Notes under the pieces: model-generated
Databases searched by the model: none
Seen by the model: the letters and a program-made list of their open reading frames with translations, nothing else
What the model was told of the DNA's origin: nothing
Position numbers and translations under genes: made by a program
NCBI RefSeq assembly: GCF_009914755.1
Contig: NC_060931.1
DNA length: 64,000 nt
Origin: the human T2T-CHM13v2.0 reference genome, Homo sapiens
Direction: 5' to 3' (one strand)
In this document: positions 14,146 through 26,409 of the stretch, piece by piece
Numbering within the stretch: position 1 is the stretch's first letter
Layout of the letters: each line of letters begins with the position of its first letter

Positions 14146-14586
14146 GATTAAAGAGATTAAAGGATGTTTTTTGACATTTGGGGCTAGTACAGAAATGCTC
14201 CAATAGGCTGTGTTGTATGTATTAGAGGGAAAAACAGGTATACTGCCCCTCTGTGGCTGAGCCCCAGAGTGTGGTGAGGTCCACGCAAAGCAGTGCTCCC
14301 CATAGGCCAGGCTTCTTGCACAGGACAGCCTACCCTTCCGGGCTGGCCCTGCTTATTATCCACATAGCTTTTTCAGTTCCTACCTAGGAGTACAGCGTGG
14401 AAGAGGACAGCCTGGGTCATGGGTCTCAGAAGTTTTAAGCATATATGGAAAATGCACCCCTGCCAAGAGTGATTGCCAGGCACCCTTGACTGTGTGTCTT
14501 ATCTGTATTTCAGAGATGTTAAAATGAAAAGCTCTATGGATAAGCAAAACACAAGATATATTGCAAAAAGGCAGGTGAGTATACTG

Positions 14587-14588
<2 letters not shown>

Positions 14589-14618
<30 letters not shown>
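14589..14618. repeat. (GT)15 microsatellite
   Basis: Directly visible. Confidence 0.97.
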
Positions 14619-14620
<2 letters not shown>

Positions 14621-16099
14621 TTCTCTCTGAAAAGAAGTGTTTCAGAGGCTATTCTCAAAATCCCTACCAAAGTAGTAGACAAGAATGTCCTTTATTCGGA
14701 ACAAAGAGAATCAGTGAACAAGATGATTTTTGATGTGCTTTTTAAATTTTTATTTGAATTTGATTGTCCTCTAAGTTCTTGGGGGAAAATAATATGTTCG
14801 GAACTTGAAGAGGCTATGTAGATAATCTATTTTTAGATAGTGTGAGGAAACTTCATCTAACAGCAACCTTAACAACCTTTTAAAATTCAGCACTGGAAAA
14901 ATCTGGCACACTAGGCAAAAGCATCTTGCTGGTTTTTATGAATTTCTAAAGGTATTTTCAACTAAATTGTCCATTCCTTGATATTTCGAGACCTGTCAAA
15001 TTAACCAAATTGATTAAAACATTTGTGCAAAGGAAGCATATTTCAAACAATATACTGAAAAGTATTAATGCATGTATTTTACTTGTATATACAGGCAATT
15101 TATGTAGTAAAACTATATTTGTCACTTTAATATTATCATTAATAAATATTTTTTACTAATGAAATACACTCATATTCATGGAAATCCATTTTTCTTCTAT
15201 GTTACACCTAACTCATGACCATCTAGTAATAATATCTATTGTCAATCAAATATGGGAATGGCTGAAAATACGTAGAAACATAGATTGTTGGTTTTAACAA
15301 AAGTTATAGAGAACTCCTGGTCAGCAAGTCCACAAATTCCATGAACGTATTGTTTTGGGCATTTCTCAAAGCTTCCAGCACAGAACTGTACACACTTTAG
15401 CTGCCCGATCATTATTTTGGGGGTTGATAAATGAAAGAGCTAAAACTATTGCTTGAATGGTACTGCAACATACTTCTTAGGGTCTAAGTCAATCTGTGTA
15501 GGGAAAAATCATATTGCCAGATCCACGTGCCCCCATGTACCTTTTACTGGACATTCACAGGGCTGTGTTCTCGAGGTTCTGCAGGATGAGTCCATGAATC
15601 ATCTCCCAGGATCACACCTGGCATTCACCTCACCATTTAACCTCTCTACTCTGCTTATCACTCACCCTCAAAGGCCAGCTATTCAAAACTTGGCTTCTGG
15701 AAAGTAATATCTTTATTCATCTTTTGATTAGGCTCTGCGATATAATTTCCCTCAAAGAACTGGTCCATCAAAGTATTCTGCTAAACAAAAGACTATCTGG
15801 AGCTAGGCCACCACCTCGTAGGCTTTATTAGTACTGCTATTTATACTTTAACGTTTTAGCATTGTTTTTCCTTCTTTGCAACCTTATACCCTCCTCAGAT
15901 TATTTCTCTTTCATCAGCCTCTGTTCGTGTTAACAGTGCCAAGATCTAATCTCGTCTGTTATCTAGAACAAAGCTTTGATCTCAGATCCCTTTGACATTA
16001 TACTGCTTTATAGTGCTGTTCTGAGAAGACTTGGTTGTTATCCCAAAAGACACACAAACGTGGAAGAATGTTAATAATGGAAATGAATGCAGCAGTTTT

Positions 16100-16440
16100 T
16101 CATTCTAGAAATCAGTAGGAAAATTGTGTAATTACAGAACAATGAGAATAAAGACAAAATTGGAAGAGAGAGGAAAGGAGATATTTGGGCCAGGTGGAGG
16201 AAGTTAAAGATCATCAGGATTCCATGACTGATTGGATGGTGAAACTGAATGAGAAGTTGTTGACTACTTCTCCAAAGTTTCAGATTTGAATGATGGGCTG
16301 GATGATGGTGTCGATCACAATGTTAGATCCTACAAGGGAAAGAATAAAACAAGTTAATGAGTCCAATTTTAGCCATTTTGAGTTTTGATTCAAGTAGAGG
16401 AACTGTAGCTCAGAAGAAAGAGTAGGACTAGGAAGTAAAG
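16100..16440 (-). mobile_element. L2 LINE fragment
   Basis: Purine-rich antisense L2 motifs (GACTGATTGGATG, GATGATGGTG, AATGAGTCCAATTTTAGCCATTTTGAGTTT). Confidence 0.55.
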
Positions 16441-16444
16441 GCAC

Positions 16445-16693
16445 ATGTGGAGCCGGAAAGACACAGCTCTGGATCCTGGTCTGGTCTCTTCCCAGGCACA
16501 TGGAGCTGCCCTTAGCAAGATGGCTGGGAGTCAAAAAAGCATACCTAGAGTGAAAGTGGAAGCTGCCAGGTCTTCAGGGCCAGGACTGGAAAACGTCAAT
16601 GTCACTTCCTTGTTCTATTGGTCCAGTAACCTAGACCCTGCCTCTCAATGGGAAAAGGGCCAAAACATCAGTGGACATAATTTAGAACTCCCA
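16445..16693 (-). mobile_element. Old MaLR LTR fragment (MLT1H/I-like)
   Basis: AGTGGAAGCTGCCAGGTC, TGTCACTTCC..TTCTATTGGTC, CCTCTCAATGGGA. Confidence 0.5.
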
Positions 16694-17639
16694 AGTAAAC
16701 ATGCAGTTGTTCTTTCTCTTGATTAAATGTTCAGGTGATAAGCCCATAATAGACTTTTATATTTACACTTACTTAGAATTTCTAAAATGTATCCTGTGGC
16801 CTCAGATGTGTTTATCTTCCTAAAATGGCTTTTATAAAATATATTCTAGAGGGTTAGCCAATATATTTCTATTGCAACAGATTCTAGAGAATGTATAATA
16901 AAATGTAGGAAATACAGAATATAACCGTTTTACATATATATTTTTATGTATTATAACATGTTATTCCATGTCTTTCAAAAGACCTCTGGTTTTAAAAAGG
17001 TCTACATTTCTAAACATGTGTTTCCATTTTAATCGATACCACTCCCACCATGCCTAATAAATCTCTAATAATGGCGCTTAAAATAACTAAGAAAGTCGTT
17101 GTGCTAAGACATAGTTTATGCGAAGTTGAGAATATTGGCAAAGTGAAAGGACTTCTTTCTCTCTTTGACAACAAGGCATCTTTGCCATTTTGTCACTGGT
17201 GGGCCACAGCTTGTTCTAGCCTCTTAGATGAACGTTATGTAGGGTCCATTCCCATTCTTCTGTGTGAGATTTCATGTTTTAACATCATAGATGTGGAAGG
17301 AGACCATATGTTAAAGTAGCTAGAATGGGAAGAGTAATGTAATTTCAGTGCATGGTGTTTGCATTGGAGGAAGCAGTACTGAAAATCTCACCATTCTAGA
17401 TTTTTTCTCCTGTAGATTAGAGGCCAAGATCAGAGTTACCTGGGGATTTTCATCATGGAACTGAGTAACAGACACTGCCCACACTGAGCCTTAATTTTGT
17501 TCTTGTTAGTAAATAGCCTGCTTGTAGTGGCACTTAGATATAAAATTCCTTAAAGATAAGCAGAACAGTATTGCATGAAGATTTTAACAAGTTTTGATTC
17601 TTAAAAAGCCCCACAAATAATCTAACATGGTATTCCAAA

Positions 17640-19150
17640 TTCCATTTTGTAAAAGTTTTATATAACGTAGCACAGGCTCATAAGGGCTCATAAAACAGAT
17701 GCATATTTTAAAGAATAATAAAAGAACATCCTGTTCCTGTCCCTCAGGCTGAAAAACATCTCATGCCTCTGCTCTATGCATGGTCCTAAGCCTGTCCTAA
17801 CTCCTGCCATCTTTCTCCCTTTCTCACCATGGTGATCTTGTTCCTGAACTGGCTTTGCTAATAAATCTCTTTATATTATTGTTCCCTTTCTCTATGTGGA
17901 AAATTTCTCCTGTTTTTATATACGTTTTTTTAATTTGGAAACACTCTGTATGCCTTGCATTGTGACTCCTCTCCCAGTATTTAGTACTTGAGATTCAACC
18001 ATGCTGGTTGAAGTCATCTACTTATTCATTTCCACTGCCTACAATATTCCATTGTATGTTAATATCTCAATGTAGTTATCTGTTCTTCTGTTGATGAGGA
18101 GTTGAAATGTTTGGTGCACATATGGGAGAGTTATTCTAGGTTATAAATCTAATAGTAGACTTTCTGTGTCATAAAATATGTATGTTTTCAAATACTTGAC
18201 GTTGTAATGGTTAATTTTATGTGGCATCTTGACTGGTCCACAGGGTGCCCAGATATTTGGTCAAACATAGAGTGTGTCTCAGAGGGTGTTTCTGGAGGAA
18301 ATTAACATTTGAATCAGTAGATAAATTTGACACAGCAGCTAAAGTGTGTGGGCCTCATCCAATCAATTGAAGGCTTGATTAGAACGAAAGCCTGGATAAC
18401 AGAGAACTTTGCCTGCCTGAATGCTGATCTCAGACATCAGTCTTTTCTTTCCCTCAGACTGAACTTACACCTTTAGCTCTTTTTATTTCTCAGGCTTTTG
18501 GACTCAGACTGGAACTACACCACTAGCTTTCTTGGGTCTCCAGCTTGCTACTGTAGACCTCTGGATTTTTCAGCCTTCATGAGGTGAGCCAGTCTCTGAA
18601 GAAGCCTGACTAATACACGAGGTAAATTGCAAACTCCTTTGCAACTTTTTCCTATGTGTTCCTAGTTTGCCTTCAATGCCTTGATAACCACCAAAAAACC
18701 CCACAAAAAAACAAAAAAGAAAACAAAAAAAAACCCGAGACGAATAACTCACATATGCCTTCCTAAGAACTCAAGGCAAAATTGACGACATACTTTATCT
18801 TCCCATTGGGAAGATTTTGAGAGTAAAAATGAATGTTAAAATGACTAAGATTATGCATATTTCTGAAAATATTTATTGAAAACACATGTTCATTTTGTTG
18901 GTGAAACTAGAAAATTGTTCTACTCAAAACTGTTTTCAAAATGAAATTTCTTATTAAGTTAAAATAAATTAAAGGTATCCATTAAATAAAATTTACGTTT
19001 ACTAAAAACAGAGTATGTGAGTGTCAGTTTACCACATACTCACCACCACTTGATAATGTCAGACTATTTTCTCTCCCCTAATTGGGCAGATGTGGAATGA
19101 TATATCATCATGAATTTTACTATGAATTTCAAGCTAGCTAATGAGCTCGA
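17640..19150 (-). mobile_element. Old L1ME-type fragments, interrupted by MLT2
   Basis: TTGAGATTCAACCATG, AATATTCCATTGTATG, CCACATACTCACCACCACTTGATAATGTCAGAC. Confidence 0.55.
18203..18617 (+). mobile_element. ERVL LTR MLT2 (B/D-like)
   Basis: TGTAATGGTTAATTTTATGTG start, GGGCCTCATCCAATC, CCTGACTAATACA end. Confidence 0.85.
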
Positions 19151-19393
19151 GTAGCTCCTCACCACACCACTTAGTCAAATTGTCTTTTGTTTCCATCTTA
19201 AAACACGGGATCAATGATCACATCGTTCAGTCTGAAGAGGCAGCACCCATCACTTGTCTATGAAGAACTTCTCTCCATTTCCTTAATTTGCATTTTCCCT
19301 TTTCCTCTGTTCTCTCAGCTGCATCCCTTTCCTTCACCATGCAAACCTCCTAAGGTGTTTGAGGTTACTATTTCATTTCAGCCTTTCCAATAA

Positions 19394-19914
<521 letters not shown>

Positions 19915-20056
19915 TAAATGAAAAAGCTTCTGCACAGCAAAGGAAATAATTAACAGAGTGAAGAGACAACATGAGTGGGAGAAAATATTTGCAAACTATT
20001 TATCTGACAAGGGACTAATATCCAGTGTGCAAGGAACCCAAAACACTCAACAGAAA

Positions 20057-20170
20057 TATATATATATATACACGTATATATACGTGTATATACGTGTATA
20101 TATACGTATATACATGTGATACACGTATATATATGTGTGTGTGTGTCATACACACACACATATATATGTA
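20057..20170. repeat. Alternating purine-pyrimidine low-complexity tract (TA/CA/TG/CG)
   Basis: Directly visible; contains two inverted repeats. Confidence 0.9.
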
Positions 20171-20199
20171 TGGCATTAAAAAGTAAGCAAAGGACCTGC

Positions 20200-20880
20200 T
20201 GGTCACTGTGGTAATTGCCACTTTCTGGATTCCAGCAGTTAAGAGCTGCACCTAGCCTCTAATGCTTTGGGGCGTGTTTATATATATTTGAGCCCAAAAC
20301 TGTAACTCCCTTTTTTACTATCAGCTGTGGCATGCAGAGGACAGTTATGACCGAATTTGTTAGTAATTCCGGTGCCTGCCTCTCCAAAGCATTCTGAATG
20401 GCCTTGGTGAATAATGTGTCCTTTGGGCATTCCCAGACAACACAAAATTTAGGTGAGTTTTCTGGTCTTATGCAATATGCCCATTCCAGAATTCCCATAT
20501 TTCTCAATTGTCAGCATTTCTTCTAACATTTTCCAAGGGAACTGGAACATTTCCACGTGAATCTATGGTGGCCATCTCTTCTAAAGTCCACTGTAGCAGT
20601 TAAGTTTCCCCTTTGACGTACAGTCAATTTCAAGTCCGTCATTCTCTGCGTCGGCTGATGCTGGGTGTTACTTCTAGCTATGGTCCTGTCAGCTTTGGGA
20701 AGAAGTGGGCTATTCTCCAGGAGCACACCTAATGCTTTGTCGGGTAGAGGCCTCTGCAGCCACGACCTCCAGCTTGAAGGCAGTCCCAGCTTTCACCAGG
20801 GAAGAATGGGCTGCTTCTGCAAGCCCTGAGGGCTGCAGGAAAGAGGGTACGCATTTGTAAACTCAATGTCCTCAGGAGAA
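20200..20880 (-). mobile_element. ERVL-class internal sequence, decayed gag (HERV16/ERV3-16A3-like)
   Basis: ORF 20259-20507 (MGILEWAYCIRPEN..WECPKDTLFTKAIQNALERQAPELLTNSVITVLC.PQL.V) resembles recalled ERVL gag (GMLEW..RP..WEGPED.PFT..RN..VRGAPASL.SSV.A.LC.P.LTV). Confidence 0.75.
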
Positions 20881-20896
20881 TCTATCCAGGTGTTGT

Positions 20897-21428
20897 TGTA
20901 AAACCCCAAGTTCAAGCTTGTGTCGCCAATGTACAGCTGATGCAAACACACTGACATACAGGTGCTTCGAAAAAAAGATTTATTCAATTTGGCCAAAGCA
21001 AGAAGATGGTGGGATGGGGCAAGATCTCACAAATCTATCTTAACAGAAAGAAGCAGCACACAGTTTTTGTACAGCTAGAGAGTAAGTTGGAGGAGTTTCA
21101 GGGAACTCCTGAAAGAGGAAAAGTCTGTGTTTGTTCAGTCTCAGATAGCACCTTGAGCAACCAGACTCGTGGATGTCAGTAGCTGGTCACAATTTCCCTA
21201 AATGCACTCATCCCTTCTGCAAAGATTTTTCATGACCCTGAAGTCATCTCCTATGCTTAACAAAGAAACAGGACATCAGCAGGGAGCTCACCACCAGCAA
21301 CTGGTGACCATCGGCAAGCAGTTAAAGGCTGAGGGCAAGAGCTCACAGAGAGACTCTTATTTCTGGCACACAGTCAAGAAGCAAAGTGAGGACCTGAGTG
21401 GGTCACAGAGCTTCACCTGTGTCTTACA
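20897..21428 (-). mobile_element. Solo LTR, family not assigned
   Basis: TGTAA..TTACA inverted termini, 5-bp TSD GTTGT/GTTAT, antisense polyA signal (TTTATT) about 80 bp from the left end. Confidence 0.6.
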
Positions 21429-21793
21429 GTTATCTTTTCCCTTGAATTAGTAAATGTTGCTATTGAGTAAAATCTCTGAGTCCTATGGGTCTGACTTGAC
21501 ATTGTCACTTTCGGTGTTATCTTCATTCTGTTATAAGAGAAAACTTTCGCTAATAGTTAAATGCTGCCAGGTGTAAATTAGTGTCATCAGTTGCTTCAAA
21601 CAGAAAATAAGCTCAGTTAATTTCAAAATTAGTTCAAAGATTTTTTATCTGATTTATGAAATAAAAGAACTATTTTGGAAATTCATTCATTCAAAGGTAC
21701 AATATAAGATATTTTATGAAATTTACTTAAAAAGTTCAAGAATAAACATCATGGTAGAACAATATTTTTCCTAAATTAAGAAAATGGTGAAGC

Positions 21794-21962
21794 ATACTTA
21801 CCTGGCAGGGGAGATAACCATGATCACGAAGGTGGTTTTCCCAGGGCAAGGCTTATCCATTGCACTCTGGACATGCTGACCCCTGCGATGTCCCCAAATA
21901 TGGGAAACTTGACTGCATAATTTGTGGTAGTGAGGCACTGCATTCGCAAAAAAAAAAAAAAA
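21794..21962 (+). pseudogene. U1 snRNA retropseudogene (RNU1-P type), U1 nt 1-153 plus A15 tail
   Basis: ATACTTACCTGGCAGGGGAGAT.. to ..CATTCGC; about 10 substitutions and 1 insertion versus recalled U1; Sm site AATTTGTGG intact; last 11 nt missing; poly(A) at 21948-21962. Confidence 0.96.
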
Positions 21963-24914
21963 TGCATACATATAATTTATAAGTCCAACATGCTCTGTTT
22001 TCTTAAGTCAAATAAAATAGAAGCCATAGTTGTTATGAGTAGACCTTGCACAGTACACAGAGCAGTACAGTTTAGGGCCAAGAAAATGGGATTCAGATGG
22101 GGAAAAGAGATGTAGGAGTCACCTTGACTAAAACTTTCATTCCCCAAAGTGCCAGTAGCTCTTGTGCACAGGCTTATAGGTCCATAGGTATAATTACCAG
22201 TGTTCCCAGAAGGGATCAGCCAGTTCCAAGAGTCACTGCCCTCAGGGAGGCCCAGGGAGACAGCTGCCATCATGGTTCTCCCTGTCCAGGTTCAATCTAC
22301 TGCTCAAGGGTGATATTGACTAGGAGTCATGTGGCCTAGCTGCATATCTGACATACCACTATATCAATTTACCGGGGAGCAGAGTTAGAAAGTTAACTTC
22401 AGGTCAAATCATCACATAGAAGAAGGGGTGGGAGGATTTTATGCCTAGAAACAAATAGAAACCTAGAATCATAAAATAGAGATAATGGATGACATATTAA
22501 GCTTTTTACACATTGATTAATAATGTTTGCTATTAGATTATATTTAATCGATTAGATTACAAAAGTTTTAGTTCATCCATGAAATAAGCCTATAATTTTT
22601 CCTTCTAATATTCTCTTTGGCTGGTCATATTTAAGAGAAATTTTGAAATTTTAAAAATCTATTTACATTTAGAAAAATTTAACCAATATTGTTCTGTTTG
22701 GTTTTGTCTAAGTCCTGGTCCTATTCCCATTCTTTGATTATTTTGCAGCGAACTCTACAACTCTGCACATGTAATTCTAGTTTTCTGTAGGCATTACATT
22801 ATGTGTATCTAAAAGATAGATTCTTTTTGATGAACATTGCTGTTATATCATTATCATTTCTAAAAATACAACAATAATTCCTCAGCATAACCAAATACCC
22901 AGTCAGTGCACATGTTCCCTAAATGCGGGGGGGGATGTTTTTCCCTAAAACTCATCTCAAACTTATGTTAATTACTTTTCATTGGGCCCATACTTGGGTT
23001 CTTAAAGCTGAAAAAAATAGTACAACTGAATATCTATTTAAAAATTATTTTCTTAATTTTCTATTTTTGTTTTGGTTCAAACAAATTTTCAAACATTAAC
23101 CTTGAATTTTATATAAGACTGTAATACCCAGAATGAAAAAAACCTGCAACAGGTTTTATCTTTTTGTCCGGAATGCCCTGATGTTGATGAGTTTGATGGG
23201 TCTTCGAGTTGTGCTCTTAGAAAGCACTGAGGAGGCACCAGGACAGCGTAAGGACTCGGCTGCCTGAACTCGGAAAGGGAGTTGAGGGTGAGGCCATGTC
23301 TTTCTTGCAACCAGGTGGGTGTGGGGAAGAGCAGGGCAGGGTGAGACAGCCCTCTGTGTGAAGCCACATGGGCAGGCTGGGGACTTGGGTAAAGGGGTGG
23401 AGATTTGTACGAAGGCAACATTTTGAGTAGTATAAACAAAGTTGCTCTTGTCCAGAAAACCCTAATAGGCACTAATCAGTGGGGAGAAAAGAAGGTTCTT
23501 CCAAATGGCCCAGAGTGGCCAGGACTAATGTTGCAGGGAGTTGAAAGGAAGTTTTGTCCATTGCTTCACTTAAACAGAATGTGATGCTAGGGAGACATAC
23601 AGAGGCCTTTCTTTGAATATGGTATTCCTGGGTGTTCTGTTAAGATTTATAAACTGATACAGCTATCACCTGACTAGATTATATTTTTCTACACAATGGC
23701 AAAAGGTTTTTTTGTTGCAGAATTAAAAGAAAGAGAATTTTAAAGTCTAACTATTCAAACTAAAATTATAAGATACAAACTGTTTCAGTAGAATTATGAA
23801 GCAGAAGGATTAATAGGCAGCCCTAAAAATGTGATATGAAAACCTCAGAACTATACCTTAAAATATAATTATGAGCATGCTTGACAGACATTTGAGTTTT
23901 GTCTACAAATTTCAGCATGCAACCGTGGCTCGCAGGAAGAACCCAACTACCATGCCCAACAACTCCTCCGCCACAAAAGCCTTGCCTCGGGGGGCACTTT
24001 TTCTTTGAAATAGTATGGTTTCTGCCACCAATGAATTTAATATCTAAGAGAATAGAAAACGCAGATATAAATTTTATGTTTACTACCTTAAATACAAAAA
24101 AGGATTAGAAACAACTCTTTTAGAAAAAAAACAAAATTGCATTTTCATAATTATTCAAAACATCATTCCAGTGCCTGGCCCAGATACATCCAAGAGGGTT
24201 CCTTTCAGGAATGTTATTCTCATTGGGATGGCTTCATGTAGTGGGTGAAATGGGTCCATGATTCTGCACTAGTCCTCTTTCCCAAGCCTACCTCAGCAGG
24301 TGCCTAGAGCTGCGGGACAACACACTGACGTCAGAGAGCTGAGATTCTTGTAGAAGTTGTGATTCTGTGGCATCATGATTCAATATAGCTCATTTCAGAA
24401 TCAGGTGAACATTCGTTACAGTTCAGCTCAAGTTCAACTCCAGTGATTTATTTAGTATATGTGGATAAAAGAGCTCTCCTATTCTATTGCTTGTCAACAT
24501 CCCTTTCAAGATGAGCTCACTTCCATCAAAATCAAAATGGATAGCTCAAAATCAGTGGCTTAAAAATCATTATGGATAGTAGAGTCAGGGTAATTATATG
24601 AAATTCAGCGGCATCTGCTTAGGAAATAGCAGCCATTAGAGTATATCAGCCAATTGATATTTGAAGCCTCCTTTTTGGGTGGAAGACTCCCAAAGAGAGG
24701 ATAACCTGAAGTGCCATTTGTTTTTTTCCCCCAATTTAGCAATTAAGGTTAATGTCAAGATTACAAAGAGGCAGGATAGATCACAGCTGAGAGACAGTGG
24801 AGTTCTATTCTCCCGCTGTCCATCATGTGTGCCACATTTGCCAGGGAGGTGAACCATTTTCAGTCACACATGTCATATTTGTTCAGGTAAGTTATAGTAA
24901 TGATTCTAATGAAA

Positions 24915-25134
24915 GTTTTATATATTATAATATATAACTTTAGAGAATATATAATTATATGTATATATGTCTATAACTTATGTAATTATATATAATATGT
25001 GCTTATGCTTACATATGATAATGTAATTCTCTCTATATAGAATATATATATTATATGTGAGTATATATATACTCCAACTGTTATTTATATATATATATAT
25101 TCTCTCTATATATTTGAGCTCTCAAAGAACCGCT

Positions 25135-25177
<43 letters not shown>

Positions 25178-25270
25178 CTCTCTCTCTCTCTCTCTCTGAG
25201 AACTCCAAGAACTGCCATATATATATATATATACTCCAACGGCTATATAGCAGTTCTTAGAGTTCTCAAA
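24915..25270. repeat. TA-rich low-complexity region with compound (CA)n(CT)n and (TA)n microsatellites
   Basis: Directly visible. Confidence 0.92.
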
Positions 25271-26409
25271 GGACTCCAAAATAGTTTACGTTAAAAGTTA
25301 ATGCATTGTTTCTGGCACTGAGAACTACTGGTTTCCAGGGATGCTAGAGCAACTTTCACCAACCCATTTTTTACCCATTAGCAGATAAAAGAGCTCTTTT
25401 TTACTATGCTGCTTTAAACAATTATGCACTCCGCAGTACATCACCTATAGATTTTTAAATAAGTGTTTTTTACTTTAGCTTTATGTAGAAATAGCATCTA
25501 GTTCATGATTATAGCCAAGATACTATTCAAAGGTGACTCAGGGTAATAAAAAGTTGGTGCTTAGTATTTGCCAATGATCAGAAGACAGCCTTATGCTAGT
25601 CTGAGGAACCAACTATCTCTTTCATCTACAAGGAAAAGAATCTGTAAATGAAAATAGCAGACATGCTTGTTATTTTACGTCCACCTTTGATATAAAAAAA
25701 TAACAAAATGTTTATGAGTATTAGGCAATATTTGAAAAGGAGAAGTCGTCAAATTTGTCACAAGGTTGGGTAGTCAAGTTCTTAGGAATCTTTGACTGAC
25801 CATTGATGTCACAATGATATGTCTTGATATTGATGACTTCAAACACAAAATTATTCCACAAAAGTGATATTAAATAATCGTCGCACCACTGCAGCATTAA
25901 AACATTGATAAAGACAGAGAATGAAGGTGGGAAAATGAGGAAGAGTTAAATACAAAATCAAAATACAGAGGTTAGAGAAAACAAGAAAATCATTCTCTTA
26001 CTTTCATCACGTAAAATGAGGAAACAGTATATAGCAAGCATTTTGCAAAATATGTAGGAAATAAAGCCAATAAAAAAATCCATTTTTAAAAGCTACATTG
26101 AGAAAGTGCTTTCAAATGCTCATGCCTCTGATTAGTAATAGGGACCTCCAGCAGGGAGCCACTGGCGCAAACTGAACGCGGTCAGGGCAGGAGTGCTGAC
26201 CCAGCTGGATGCAGTGCAGGGGCTCTTTCCTGATATCACTGGGTGGTTCGTGATCTCACCCTTATTGAAGCAAAACTGAAAATTTGTATTAAATGTAGTC
26301 TGAGCAGCCTCCATAGGCTATTATGTGTATGCATATGTGCTTGCTATTTTACTAAAACGTGTATGCGACATATGCATGGTAATTCTCAGCAAAACTTTTG
26401 CCTTCTTTG

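Noticed and set aside
21794-21947. Functional U1 or variant U1 gene
   Set aside because: 3' end truncated, poly(A) tail, CpG-type decay, and no recognisable PSE or 3' box.
22180-22420. Possible old LTR fragment
   Set aside because: No termini or family motif I could support.
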